Source of the DNA: Leucoraja ocellata
Lineage: Eukaryota
Direction of reading: 5' to 3'
Length of the DNA stretch: 64,000 bases
Assembly (NCBI GenBank): GCA_036785375.1
Contig: JAWMAR010000156.1
Coordinates: forward strand, 3,224,001-3,288,000
In this document: piece by piece, positions 1 through 11,310 of the stretch
How the letters are laid out: every line of letters begins with the position of its first letter
Numbering within the stretch: the stretch's first letter is position 1
Notes under the pieces: generated by a model
What the model was told of the DNA's origin: nothing
What the model saw: only the letters and a program-made list of their open reading frames with translations
The model's database searches: none
Position numbers and translations under genes: made by a program

Positions 1-585
1 AAATCGGGCGCTGCCGGAGTGACATCCAGTGTGCTGATGTCATCCGGGCGCGCCATCCACAGCGCGTCGTCGCGCCTACCGAGGGCCCTGATGTTTGCGA
101 AGGAGGCGTCAGTAAGTTGTAGGAGGATGTAGGCCGGCAGCAGATGCAGGTAAGTGTACTTGAACATTAGGCACGGCGTGTGCCCATCCAGGAGCGCGAC
201 CATCTCGTTGAGGAGGCATGATGGCCGCTGGTCGCCTAGGCCCTCTATATGAAGGAGCCTGGCTGCACGCTCCATTCTGCTGAGCCCATAAAACTGGAGC
301 AGGAGCTCCTTAAAGCTGAGGTATTTCTCGGTGGCCGGGGGGGTCTGCGGGGTACTGAGTTACCTCTCCGGCCGTGTCCTGATCGAGGGCTCCCACCAGG
401 TAGTAGTATCAGGTGTCATCTGCTGTAATGCTCCGCAGCAGGAATTGGGCCTCCGCCTGCTGAAACCAGACGCAAGGCCTGGCGGTCCAGAAGGTAGGTA
501 ATTTAACAGAGACCGCATCAAGAGACAGGGCCCGGTCGGCCTGTGAGGCGGACGGATGGGCGGCTCTGTCTTTTGCCTCCATCAT
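1..585 (-). mobile_element. Gypsy-type LTR retrotransposon gag, degraded (runs off the window start)
   Basis: Minus-strand reading from ATG 585 gives MMEAKDRAAHPSASQADRALSLDAVSVKLPTFWTARPCVWFQQAEAQFLLRSITADDT*YYYLVGALDQDTAGEV. The 'KLPxFW...WFxQAEAQF' motif is typical of Gypsy gag N-termini. There is an in-frame stop. Confidence 0.8.
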
Positions 586-598
586 GACGACAATGGAG

Positions 599-832
599 CG
601 TCAGGGTCACCAATGTAGCGCGATGATAATCCCGAAATGAAAGCAAGGAGCCAGGTGTTTCAGGAGGTGTTTTAATCACTGCCCTTCTCCTAACCAGTCG
701 AGTCTGCAAGAGGGAGGTTGCACCTAAACCCCTGCCCTTTATCCCTGTAGCTAAGGGCCGCCCCCGGACTCATCCATTCCCGTGCCGAGGGGTTCGATAG
801 TGGAAATGGCCTGACCCTTGGGAGTCACCACA
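599..832 (-). mobile_element. 5' LTR (614-832) and tRNA-Trp-like primer-binding site (599-612)
   Basis: On the minus strand the LTR runs TGTGGTG...CGCTACA (TG...CA, 219 bp), then T, then TGGTGACCCTGACG. This matches the tRNA-Trp PBS TGGTGACCCCGACG at 13/14 positions and lies directly upstream of gag. Confidence 0.75.
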
Positions 833-851
833 ATATACCATATATATACCA

Positions 852-1410
852 TCGGTGTTCACCAAGGAGAAAGATATTGAATTATGTGAGGTAAGGAAAC
901 TAGTACAGTAGCTATGGATACTATGGGGTTCAAAGTAAAAGAAGTACTGACACTTTTGAAAAATATAAAAGTGGATAAGTCTCCAGGTCCTGACAGGATA
1001 TTCCCTAGGACATTGAGGGAAGTTAGTGTAGAAATAGCCGGGGCTATGACAGAAATATTTCAAATGTCATTAGAAACGGGAATAGTCCCCGAGGATTGGC
1101 GTACTGCGCATGTTGTTCCATTGTTTAAAAAGGGTTCTAAGAGTAAACCTAGCAATTATAGACCTGTTAGTTTGACTTCAGTGGTGGGCAAATTAATGGA
1201 AAAGATACTTAGAGATAATATATATAAGCATCTGGATAAACAGGGTCTGATTAGGAACAATCAACATGGATTTGTGCCTGGAAGGTCATGTTTGACTAAT
1301 CTTCTTGAATTTTTTGAAGAGGTTACTAGGGAAATTGACGAGGGTAAAGCAGTGGATGTTGTCTATATGGACTTTAGTAAGGCCTTTGACAAGGTTCCTC
1401 ATGGAAGGTA
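852..1410 (+). mobile_element. CR1-clade LINE ORF2 fragment (RT N-terminal part)
   Basis: ORF 914-1411 contains KSPGPD, VPEDWR, NYRPVSLTS, QHGF..GRSCLTNL and YMDFSKAFDKVPH. Confidence 0.9.
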
Positions 1411-2552
1411 GCTGTTCCTGAACCTGGATGTTCCAGATTTCAAGCTCCTGTTCCTTCTTCCCGATGGCAACGGAGAGATGAGTGTGTGGCCAGGATGGTG
1501 TGGGTCTTTGATGATGTTGGCAGCCTTTTTGAGGCAGCGACTGCGATAGATCCCTTCGATGGTGAGGTCAGAACCGATGATGGACTGGGCAGTGTTCACA
1601 ACTTTCGGCAATCTTTTCCGCTCCTGGACGTTCAAGTTACCGAACCAAGCCACGATGCAACCAGTCAATATGCTCTCTACTGTGCACCTGTAGAAGTTTG
1701 AGAGAGTCCTCCTTGACATACCGACTCTCCATAATCTTCTCAGGAAGTAGAGGTGCTGATGTGCCTTCTTTATGATTGCATCAGTGTGCTAGGACCAGGA
1801 GAGATCTTTGGAAATATGCACGCCCAGGAATTTGAAGTTCTTGACCCTTTCCACCATCGTCCCGTTGATGTAAACTGGATTGTGGGTCCCTATCCTACCC
1901 CTTCCAAAGTCCACAATCAGTTCCTTGGTTTTGCTGGTGTTGAGAGCCAGGTTGTTGTGCTGGCACCATTTGGTCAATCGGTTGATCTCACTTCTATACT
2001 CTGACACATCATCATCAGTGATTTGTCCCACAACAGTGGTGTCATCAGCGAACTTGATGATGGAGTTTGCACTATGTCCAGTTATGCAGTTATAAGTATA
2101 TAGTGAGTACAGCAGCAGGGGGATGAGCACACAGTCTTGAGGTGCTCCCGTGCTGATTGTTAACGAGGATGACATATTTCCACCAATACGGACAGACTGT
2201 GGTCTGTGGATGAGGAAGTCGAGGATCCAATTGCAGAGGGATGGGCAGTAACACAGATCTGATAGCTTGGTAACCAGCTTGGAAGGGATGATGGTATTAA
2301 ACACTGAGCTGTAGTCTATGAATAACAGCCTGACATGAGTTTTTGTTGTCTAAGTGGTCCAGAGCGGAGTGGAGAGCCAGTGAAATTGCATCCATCTGTT
2401 GTGGCGATAAGCGAACTGCAGTGGGTCAAGGTTCTTGTCGAGGTAGGAGTTGATATGTACCATAATCAACCTCTCAAAGCTCTTCATCACCACAGGCGTT
2501 ACTGCCACTGGTCGATAGTCATTGAGGCACGTCACCTTGCTCTTCTTGGGCA
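1405..2552 (-). mobile_element. Rex1/Babar-like LINE RT fragment, frameshifted
   Basis: Minus ORFs contain [32 protein letters not shown] and NFYRCTVESILTGCIVAWFGN. Confidence 0.85.
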
Positions 2553-3427
2553 ACATTTAAATAAGCTTCTTCCCATATTTAGGATCTTAGGTTTCTGGTC
2601 CATCTCTTACTTATCCTTCTGAGGCACTCAAATAAAGCCTAAAACGTGACTGACCATTATCTTGGTTTTACTTTCAGATTGATTTACTTCTCTGAATGGA
2701 AACGGGAATTTCTCCTCGTCATTGTATTTAGAGGAAGGAAACAACAGCCATTTGCAATGAGTGAGCCCTGCCAGAGACCAATGTAAAGTAAGAAAGGGTC
2801 AGCATTTGGTTTTGGCTACCTTGATAAATGCATTTTGTCTTTGTAATTCATTGTCCGGATGCATTTTTCTCTCCTTGCGTCCCCTCCACCAATCAAAGTC
2901 ACGAGTATTTTCATGGATGAGCAGAATGGAAAACTCATAAATCAGCTTTGGCAACATCCCAAGGCATGGTTCATCTGCATTAAGCTGATCAAAAGCCATT
3001 GCATGGTTTACCTTTTGCTGCAATCACACTTCGGGTATAAGAGCACAGCCCTATTTTGCTGTCGTGGCTCTTGACCACGTGGTAGCAATGGGTACAGAAA
3101 CAGCTTTGAGTATTTGGGGAGGGTCCATTTTATTCTGCCTGATGGAAGAAGCTACTCATTCCCTCTTACCCATGCTGACTCCATTGTCAGGGTGTGCAAG
3201 TCACACCTGCATGGATATTTTGCACCTATCTACGTATGAAGTCTGCAATCACGCTGAAGCGTCGTGTGACATTTGTCTGCAGCTGTAGAGGGTGTCTGGC
3301 AAATTCTCCTATTGGTGTTTTCCTTGGTTAGCTGCAACTTGTCAGATGTATGCTTGCCCCTTTGCACTGAGGCTGTACAAGTTATTGATGATCTCGGGAA
3401 GGCACCCAGTAATTATTGTAAATTGAG

Positions 3428-4467
3428 TAGGTATGTTACAAAACCTACCTGAATCGTGGCTGAGAATCTGCCCCACCCCGTGTGCGCGATTTTGGCGCTG
3501 TTTAGAGGGGGCGGGTTTAAAACGCGATTTTTACTAGGCTGTTGCAATCGAAAATGTTCAGCCTAGTAAATCATTAACGAAAAATCGCTGAAAGACCCCG
3601 TCGCAAAAGGTATTATTAGTTTTTATGGCCTTGTATAATAGTTATAGTAGTTTAAAAATCACTCTCTAAACCCGCGACCTCTCGCAGCCCCAGGGTTTTA
3701 TAAAGCAAACAATTAAAGGTATGTACCTTATTTTTACATTAAAAGGGGCTTCTTAAGAACCCTGTATATAAAGTTTTCTATAGCGAGTAGCAAATTTTGG
3801 GCTCTTTATATCCCGCAGTATTTTTCTGGGCATTTGAGGGCACAAATCCACTGCAATGTGAACGTTCTAAACCAGCGCGTTCACAGGATCCCACTAGAAA
3901 GCCGATTTAAAATGGACTTTAATTTACAGCAATTGAACACTAAATTCCTTCCATTTGGCCTATAAATTAATGTAAATTAGATTTTAAAATCATGTTTTAT
4001 TGTGAATTATTTATGAATATTATTTGGACACTTGGGCTATTTAAAAACGTTAATCATTTATTAACAAATGGATAGATGTTTAGATCTAGTAATTGAAGTT
4101 TGAAATTTGCTAAACTTGGGTAACTAACTAATTATATGCTTTAATTTCAGGTCATCCAAGTTAGATTATTTTATGTTTGTTTCAGAATGGTTCAATCTAC
4201 GATAACTGGAAATTTCAATCAGTTCTCTTAATTTTTAAGAAGGTTATGGCCTTTTGACTGTCCATGATCACAGCTTTTTTGTTATGTCCATAGAAAATCA
4301 ATAGGGAACAAGATGCTAATTTCCGAGTATGAAAATGGCCATAACTTTTTAAATACTTGAGATATGAAAGTGAATTAGGTGTCAAATTAAACTTATTTTT
4401 ATGCTTTATCTGATGGGATAAATTACAGACTTGATTTTTTAAATCTCAAAATTTTGTAACATTGCTA
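3428..4467. mobile_element. Non-autonomous TIR DNA transposon (~1.04 kb)
   Basis: Left end TAGGTATGTTACAAAA; reverse complement of the right end TAGCAATGTTACAAAA. The direct repeat AAATTGAGT lies at 3420-3428 and 4467-4475. No transposase ORF. Confidence 0.75.
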
Positions 4468-5171
4468 AATTGAGTCATTCTCTTTTTTATGTGAACAGAC
4501 AGTTTAAATTAAGGAAATTCCCAATCAAAATGCAATTTGATTCATTAATTATAACTGCTTTTGTTTATTGAAGTTATGATACAGCAAAACGTGAACTGCT
4601 GATGGTTTTTGATGCTCAAAAATTTGAGAGTTTTACTATTAGCCAAAATTGCCAATGACAACTCTTTTTTAAAAACATTTGGGTGATTGGTTTTTATTTT
4701 CCTCTTAACATGAGCTCAAAAATCATTCATGTGGTGATGGGTTTAATAAGGATGATAATTGTTACTTTATGGTTGTTCACATTTAATGAAGCCATTACTC
4801 AGATTGGTTGTAAGAAAGTAAAAATATACACAGATACAGCTGAAACATTTTTCTGGGGTAGCATATTAGAAAGTTGTGCAAGAGAGTTATAGTCATACAG
4901 TGTTGAAACAGGCCCATTGGCCCAACTATCCATGTACCTGTCAAAATGTTACTTACACATTGTAATGGAACCTGCGTTCCAATTGAATAATTTTAGAAGA
5001 TTTTTAAAAATATATATTGAAAGATGCTTTGGGATACAATGCAAAATATCTCTGATTTAGGAAAATGCTTTTGGACAATTATGACTATTATCGTTTTTTT
5101 TGCCCTGTTGCTTTTAGGCTCCTAATGTGGTACACTGATTGAAAAACTGAGCTCAGCTGTTTAGATCTGAC

Positions 5172-5916
5172 ATGTCGTCATCGGGTGTACCTAAAGAACG
5201 CAGTAGACAACGTCTTCAAAATCCACTTGAAGCTTGGCGTATGCAAAATGAAGTATTTACCCACGACACTAGTTTGGAAATGGATGAAAAAAAAGCCCTT
5301 TTGAATGACAATGGATTATACAAATCCAATCATAATATAGTTCTTAAAGATGATCTTAGTAACATTCTATTGCTCTTATTCCTCTATGTCTTGCAGGGAA
5401 TTCCACTTGGTGTGGCTGGGAGCATCCCACTAATACTGCAGAGCAAAAACGTTAGTTATTCTGACCAAGCTATTTACAGCTTTGTATTTTGGCCTTTCAG
5501 TCTGAAACTGCTGTGGGCACCTTTAGTGGACGCTGCTTATTTTTCAAGCTTTGGGCGGAGAAAGTCATGGCTGGTGCCAACTCAGTATTTTCTAGGCCTT
5601 TTTATGTTTTTTCTATCATATGAAGTGGATGAATTACTGAAAAGCAATGAACACACCAGCCCCAATATTATTAAACTTACAGCTGTGTTTTTTATGTTTG
5701 GATTCCTGGCTGCTACGCAAGATATAGCAGTGGATGGTTGGGCATTAACGATGCTGTCCAAGGAAAACGTCGGACTTGCATCTACTTGCAATTCAGTTGG
5801 ACAGACAGCTGGTTACTTTCTGGGTAATATACTCTTTTTGGCACTGGAATCAGCTGAGTTCTGCAACAAATATCTACGCACCCAATCTCAACCAACTGGA
5901 ATAGTCACCTTAGCAG
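5172..5916 (+). CDS. SLC33A1: SLC33A1 (acetyl-CoA transporter 1) coding exon 1
   Basis: Encodes LLLFLYVLQGIPLG, WPFSLKLLWAPLVD, FGRRKSWLVPTQY and LAATQDIAVDGWALTML. Donor GCAG|gtaaag, phase 1. Upstream acceptor ttttag at 5117. Confidence 0.97.
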
Positions 5917-6128
5917 GTAAAGTGCTGAATGTTTACCGTTCAATCTGCATGTTTATTTTTGGGAGGCATTTACACTAGAACTGGTATTGCAAAGCTACAA
6001 TTCAAAATACAGTGAAAACTCCAGCATTTTCTTTAACAAAATGTTTTACAAAAGCACTTTCTACATTATCTTTCATTCTTCTAGCAGCACCATTATTGAC
6101 CTTTATGTCTTTTTTATACGTGATTTGA

Positions 6129-6300
6129 GAGAACATGGATAGGTAACATTTTGGGTTTGGACCCATCTTCAGTCTGAAGAAGGGTCGCAATCCAAAATGT
6201 CACCTATACATGTTCTCCAGAGATGCTGCCTGACCGGTTGAGTTACTCCAGCACTTTGTGTCTCTCTTTGTAAACCAGCATCTGCAGTTCCTTGTGTCTG
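6129..6300. mobile_element. Penelope-derived short element, two copies head-to-head
   Basis: Family motif ctgaagaagggt...aaa.gtcacct...ctccagagatgctgcctga...ctgagttactccagca...ccagcatctgcagttcc, with an inverted partial copy immediately 5'. Related copies at ~12940, 14146, 21000, 22320, 35760, 35960-36155, 41990, 43250, 45350, 46363, 46995, 55920-56135, 57537, 59157 and 62744. Confidence 0.7.
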
Positions 6301-7078
6301 TTAGAAGCATTTAACTCAATGACACAATCTGCACGCAGTTTCAATATAAAACCATTAAGTGGCAGAAGTTGCTGCAGAATCACTAGGTAAATTTTGTGGT
6401 TTGCAAGAATATTGTAGTTTGAAAATGGGGAATGTCCTTGTTTTGCTAATATTAGTTTGTCATTGGTTCAATGTAAAATCATTTGTACTACCTACAAAGT
6501 TATCCTCACTAAATTGGAGGATGTACTCCTTCAATCACCTACACCATAGAGCATTGCTCTAACTACAATGACAGGACTGGCACCAGCTGTAATGCTCAAC
6601 CCTCCACATAGTGTATTTGAAATCTTTAACAGATTTTCACTTGTCTATGCACCCAGATAGCAGTGAATCATGTGAATCTATGGCATTTGGACCATTGATT
6701 TGGAACGGGTTCTTTGAAAGAGCAGTCCCAGACTTTTGCCATCTCACCGTGACAAATTCTTTCCATTCAAATATTTACCTGCCTCTTCTTCCTGCACTGA
6801 GCTCCCAAAACTGCCCAGACGTACATCTGAGCCTGGAGATTAAAGGACCTTTCCTGTCTTAGTTGAGGGCGCGGGAACACAACTTTATTTTCCTGTGGTG
6901 ACTTCAGTCCCTGTCTCTGCACCACTTGGTTTGTCTGTAATCCAGTGTATTAATAAATTTATTTGTTATCCTATATTCAATTGATTAACCAAAAAATGGT
7001 CTAGTGTTATGCAAGCCTTAATAATTTTGTAAACAGTTATATTCAGATTCAATATGTGATATCATGAGGTTCTTGCAA

Positions 7079-7579
7079 TTCTTGCTATTGAGGGAGTGCG
7101 ACATGGGTTCACCAGGTTAATTCATGGGATGGCAGGACTGTTATATGTTGATAGAATGGAGTGGCTGAGCTTGTATACTCTGGAATTTGGAAGGATGAGA
7201 GGGTATCTTATTGAAACATATAAGATTATTAAGGGTTTGGACACGCTAGAGGCAGGAATCATGTTCCTGATGCTGGGGGAGTCCAGAACCAGGCGCCACA
7301 GTTTAAGAATAGGGAGAAAGCCATTTAGAACGGAGATGAGCAAAAACTTTTTCACAGAGAGTTGTGAGTCTGTGGAATTCTCTGCCTCAGAGGGCGGTGG
7401 AGGTTGGTTCTCTGGATGCGTTCAAGAGAGAGCTAGACAGAGCTCTTAAAGATAGCGGAGTCGAGGGATATGGAGAGAAGGCAGGAATGGGGTACTGATT
7501 GTGGATGATCAGCCATGATCACATTGAATGGTGCTGGCTCGAAGGGCCAAATGGCCTGCTCCTGCACCTATTGTCTATT
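7079..7579 (+). mobile_element. CR1-clade LINE 3' fragment
   Basis: ORF with GFTRLIHGM, MRGYLIETYKIIKGLD and SRTRRHSL, followed by the family 3' UTR ending cctgcacctattgtctat. Confidence 0.85.
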
Positions 7580-9808
7580 CCAAAGATACGTCATGCCTGA
7601 CAAATCTATTAGAATCTTTTGAAAACTAAGCTAAAGTAATGGACAAGAAAATGTGCATGGATTTAAAGAAGCCATTTAATAAAGTTCACTGAACAAGAGA
7701 ACAGAATTAGAAAAAAAATAGACAAGCATTCAAATTAGCAGCATATAGTTTGTTGAAAGAATCAATGTGGGGATCAACTGTATGTTGCATTTCTAAAGGA
7801 CTTAAAGGAAGCTACGTAGAATGCAGGGGACTGATACTCCACTGCAGTAGCCGGGAACCTAAATTCTAGTAATAAACTAAATCAAGAAATAAAATCTGAT
7901 GGAAAGAATGGTTGCCTTGAAACCACTGAATTACTGTGAAAGCCCAGTTACCCAACTAATGTCCTTGGAGGATATCTGCCATCCTTGCCCAATCAGGTTG
8001 ATTAGTGACATCAGTCTCAATGGCGTGATTGACCCTGAACGTCACTCAGCTGAAGGTGAGGTTAGAAACAATACCCCCCCCCCCCCCCATTGATGTTACC
8101 TGGCATGCTGAATATTTCCAGCATTCTTTGTTTCAAAATTAAAAGAAAATATACAATTAAGCAATATAGTGGGAAATGGATTTTGGCGTTGGGTATGTGA
8201 TACCAGCCACTTTGAACACAAGATAAAACCATCTTACTAAATGGTCTCAAGCTAAAAGTACAGAAGTCAAAGTATTTGGGATCTAGAAATATAGTTCATT
8301 AAAATGTCATGGACAGTTACAAACAAAGATGATGTTTGCTACGGGAAAGAAGTTGTGTCACAGTTGTATAAAGCCTTGGTATCCACCTCCAGTACAGTAA
8401 ACAATTCTGGGAAATGTATTATTCTTGGATGGAGTGCAGCGCAGATTTATCAGAATGGCACCTGGGTTCCCAAGGTTTAAATTTTGAGCTGAGATTGGAT
8501 AAACTAAGGCTACATTCCCAGAAATTTAGGTAATTAAGTGATAACTGAACTGAACATTTCAGGATGTTAAACAGAATTGACAGGTTAGGTGGAGGGAAAC
8601 TCTACTGGTTGGGGAATCTAGGAATGTGGGTACGTCGAAGGAACGAGGCATTCAGGTTGAAATTGGGAAATGTAGTTCATATGTACATTGGGGAAGAAAA
8701 ACGCAGAACATTCTTGCAGACGATAATTGATTACTTGTTCGTTGTTAGTTTGAAACTGGATACATTTTTGGCAACCAATCTGGGGATATAGGGAAAAGTT
8801 ATCTGTACAGGGATTTAAGTTGCAGATCAGCAATTATTTCTTTGAAGGTCAAAACTGCCTTCAAGGTCCAAATAACTTCCTCTGTTCATTATTGTGCAAA
8901 GGCTCTGCAGATGTTTAACGTAATTCAACGGTATATAATGTTATAAAGCCGATTTTGAAAATGTCATGCTTTTACTTTTGTCTCAATGCATAACCTGGTT
9001 GAGCTTTCATCTGGAAATCAAGACCATATATTCCTGATATTTTGCAACTTACTCTATAGTTTCTAATCTACATTTTCTTTATAGTTTTGTCACCATATAG
9101 AGTGATGTTTTCGTACTGAAATTGTAAACAGTGAATCCTGGAATTCTGGAGTAGTTGATAGGAAGTAAGGGGGTTAGAACAGAAGCCTTATATTGTTGAA
9201 GATAGGAGGACATATTTAACAAAGTGAAATGGAATTTAAAGTAAAGGCTAAATAGTATACATAATATATATTTGCATATATCCCAACAAGTGCCAGTGAG
9301 CAGATGGGATTTGGTTATTTTGCTTGCTGTTGCCAAGGTGGTAGATGCACATTCTGTAGTTCTGCTTCATGTGGGAATTGGCTAACTACTTGGAGGGGAA
9401 AGAGCAAGGGCATCATTTGTTGTTTGATAGAACCAGAACGGACTTCTTGGGCCAAATTGTCTCATTCTCTGCAGTACTGTTCTTTGATATCGTATGTATG
9501 GCTGAATATCAATTTTTACTTAATTGTATCATTCCAACTCCGAAGCTAATTTCAAATTAGGAGACTTATTTTCCACAAGGCCTGAACTAAAATCAAACTT
9601 TTTTGCAAATGTTGTCATTTTCTGCAATATTATATGAAGGACATTGTTTTCAAACTTGCACAAATTCCTCATTTACAGCAAGTTCCATGAGCTGACAGCT
9701 TGATTTTGAAATGTAAACAAGGTCATCATACTATTATTACAAGTGTCTTCCAAGAAAAAGTTACACATTTTTCAATTCAATATATTGTTTTAAAATTTCT
9801 ACTTTTAG

Positions 9809-10002
9809 ATTTTCTGTTTTTCTGGGGGATAGTTTTCGTGGTGACAACAACTTTGGTAATGGTTCTTAAAAAGGAAAACAATGGACGAGCGGCGTTGCAT
9901 CAAGCTGCTCAGCAAGGAATCAAGGAAACTTACAAGTCGCTCTTCAGTATAATAAGGATGCCTGCTATCTTAAATTTCTGCTTCCTTCTGCTAACATCAA
10001 AA
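9809..10002 (+). CDS. SLC33A1: SLC33A1 coding exon 2
   Basis: ttttag|AT TTT..., encoding (D)FLFFWGIVF...LLLTSK, then |gtaaga. 194 nt, phases consistent. Confidence 0.95.
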
Positions 10003-10929
10003 GTAAGATAATTTAACTTAAGTGTTTTAAAAGTAACTTGGAAACAATGCTGTACCTTAAGGCCAATTAAAAATCACAGTATATAATGCCTTTTTATTAA
10101 TTGCTTCTGATTTTCTTATAGATTTTTGCTTCTAATATTGAAGTTAATAAACCTGCTAAATGCAGCAGTCTTTCCTATGAAACTGAGAAAGGTGTATTTT
10201 TAGGACATATTCATTGAAATATTTGAGCAGTATGATGTTTATAGGGCAATTTGGGATGGTCAATAAATGCCGTCCTTTCAACTTGCCAAAACTAAAATAA
10301 TGGGTTTATCACAAAATAAAATTTTGATCATTCCGCTGCCTGTAAATCATTTTTTAGCAAATATACTGGGCCGTTTGGAATTAACATTGGTGTATGGTAG
10401 CCAATTTCTTATGTTTTAAAAATCCAATGTTTTCAAGATTTGCCCTTGTACCTTATAGAAATAGCTTAATTTTTAGAGCCTTCTCAAAGGCTTGCAAATT
10501 AGCACAAATTCTGGAAGCTTGTATTGGTAATTCATACCATTTGGATCAAAGCCAAGTTTTGGTTTGATTTGGATTTCCCAAAATGTATTGAACATTTGTG
10601 TTCAAAATTTTGCAATCTTTTCTGACAGTTTCACCAATTTTAGGGAAATTTTCCAAAGCTGGAAAGATTTATGAGGATGCTGCCAGAACTTGAGGGCGTG
10701 AGCTCTAGGAAACAATTGGGTGAGGCAAATGGGACATAGTTACAAGGTTTTATACCACTGAAAGTTGTGTCCTTGTATGTTAATTCTCTGGTTCTTAGCA
10801 CATGGTGAAGGCACTCCAACAGTGCTGTTCAGCAAAGAATATCAGAATCTGGACCCAATGACAATGAAGGAACAGTGGTATATTTTCAAGTAGGGACAAT
10901 GAGTAACTTGAAGGATGACAATGTTCAGA

Positions 10930-11310
10930 AGGTTTCGGCCAGTCCCGACCCGGGGTCTGATCACCCGACGCAGGGGAGCTGAGATTCCCCTCCCACCTCC
11001 CCACCCGATGCAGGAGCTTGATTGCCCCGACGCGAGGGCCCAAACGCCGCCGGCTGCGTGAGCCAAGATCGTCCCGTCAACGGAAGGCTCGAGGCCCCCG
11101 ACCGTAGGAGAACAAAGAAGGGGAGGATTTAACTTTTTTTTGCCTTCCATCACTGAGGAATGTGGAGGAGTCACTGTGGTGGATGTTCATGTTAAAATGT
11201 ATTTTATGTGTTCTGTTGCTTTTAATGGTATGACTGTATGACAAATTAAATTCCTTGTATGTTGCAAAACATACTTGGCTAATAAAATATGATTATGATG
11301 ATAATTATTG
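10930..11310 (+). repeat. GC-rich retroposon fragment with LINE-type 3' tail
   Basis: CpG-rich body in an AT-rich intron, ending in cttggctaataaa plus a (tatgat)-like tail. Confidence 0.5.

Noticed and set aside
5917-5978. ORF extensions past the splice donors (also 10003-10011, 15387-15491, 26172-26297, 63190-63222)
   Set aside because: Intronic read-through. Homology stops at the donors and the next exons continue in phase.
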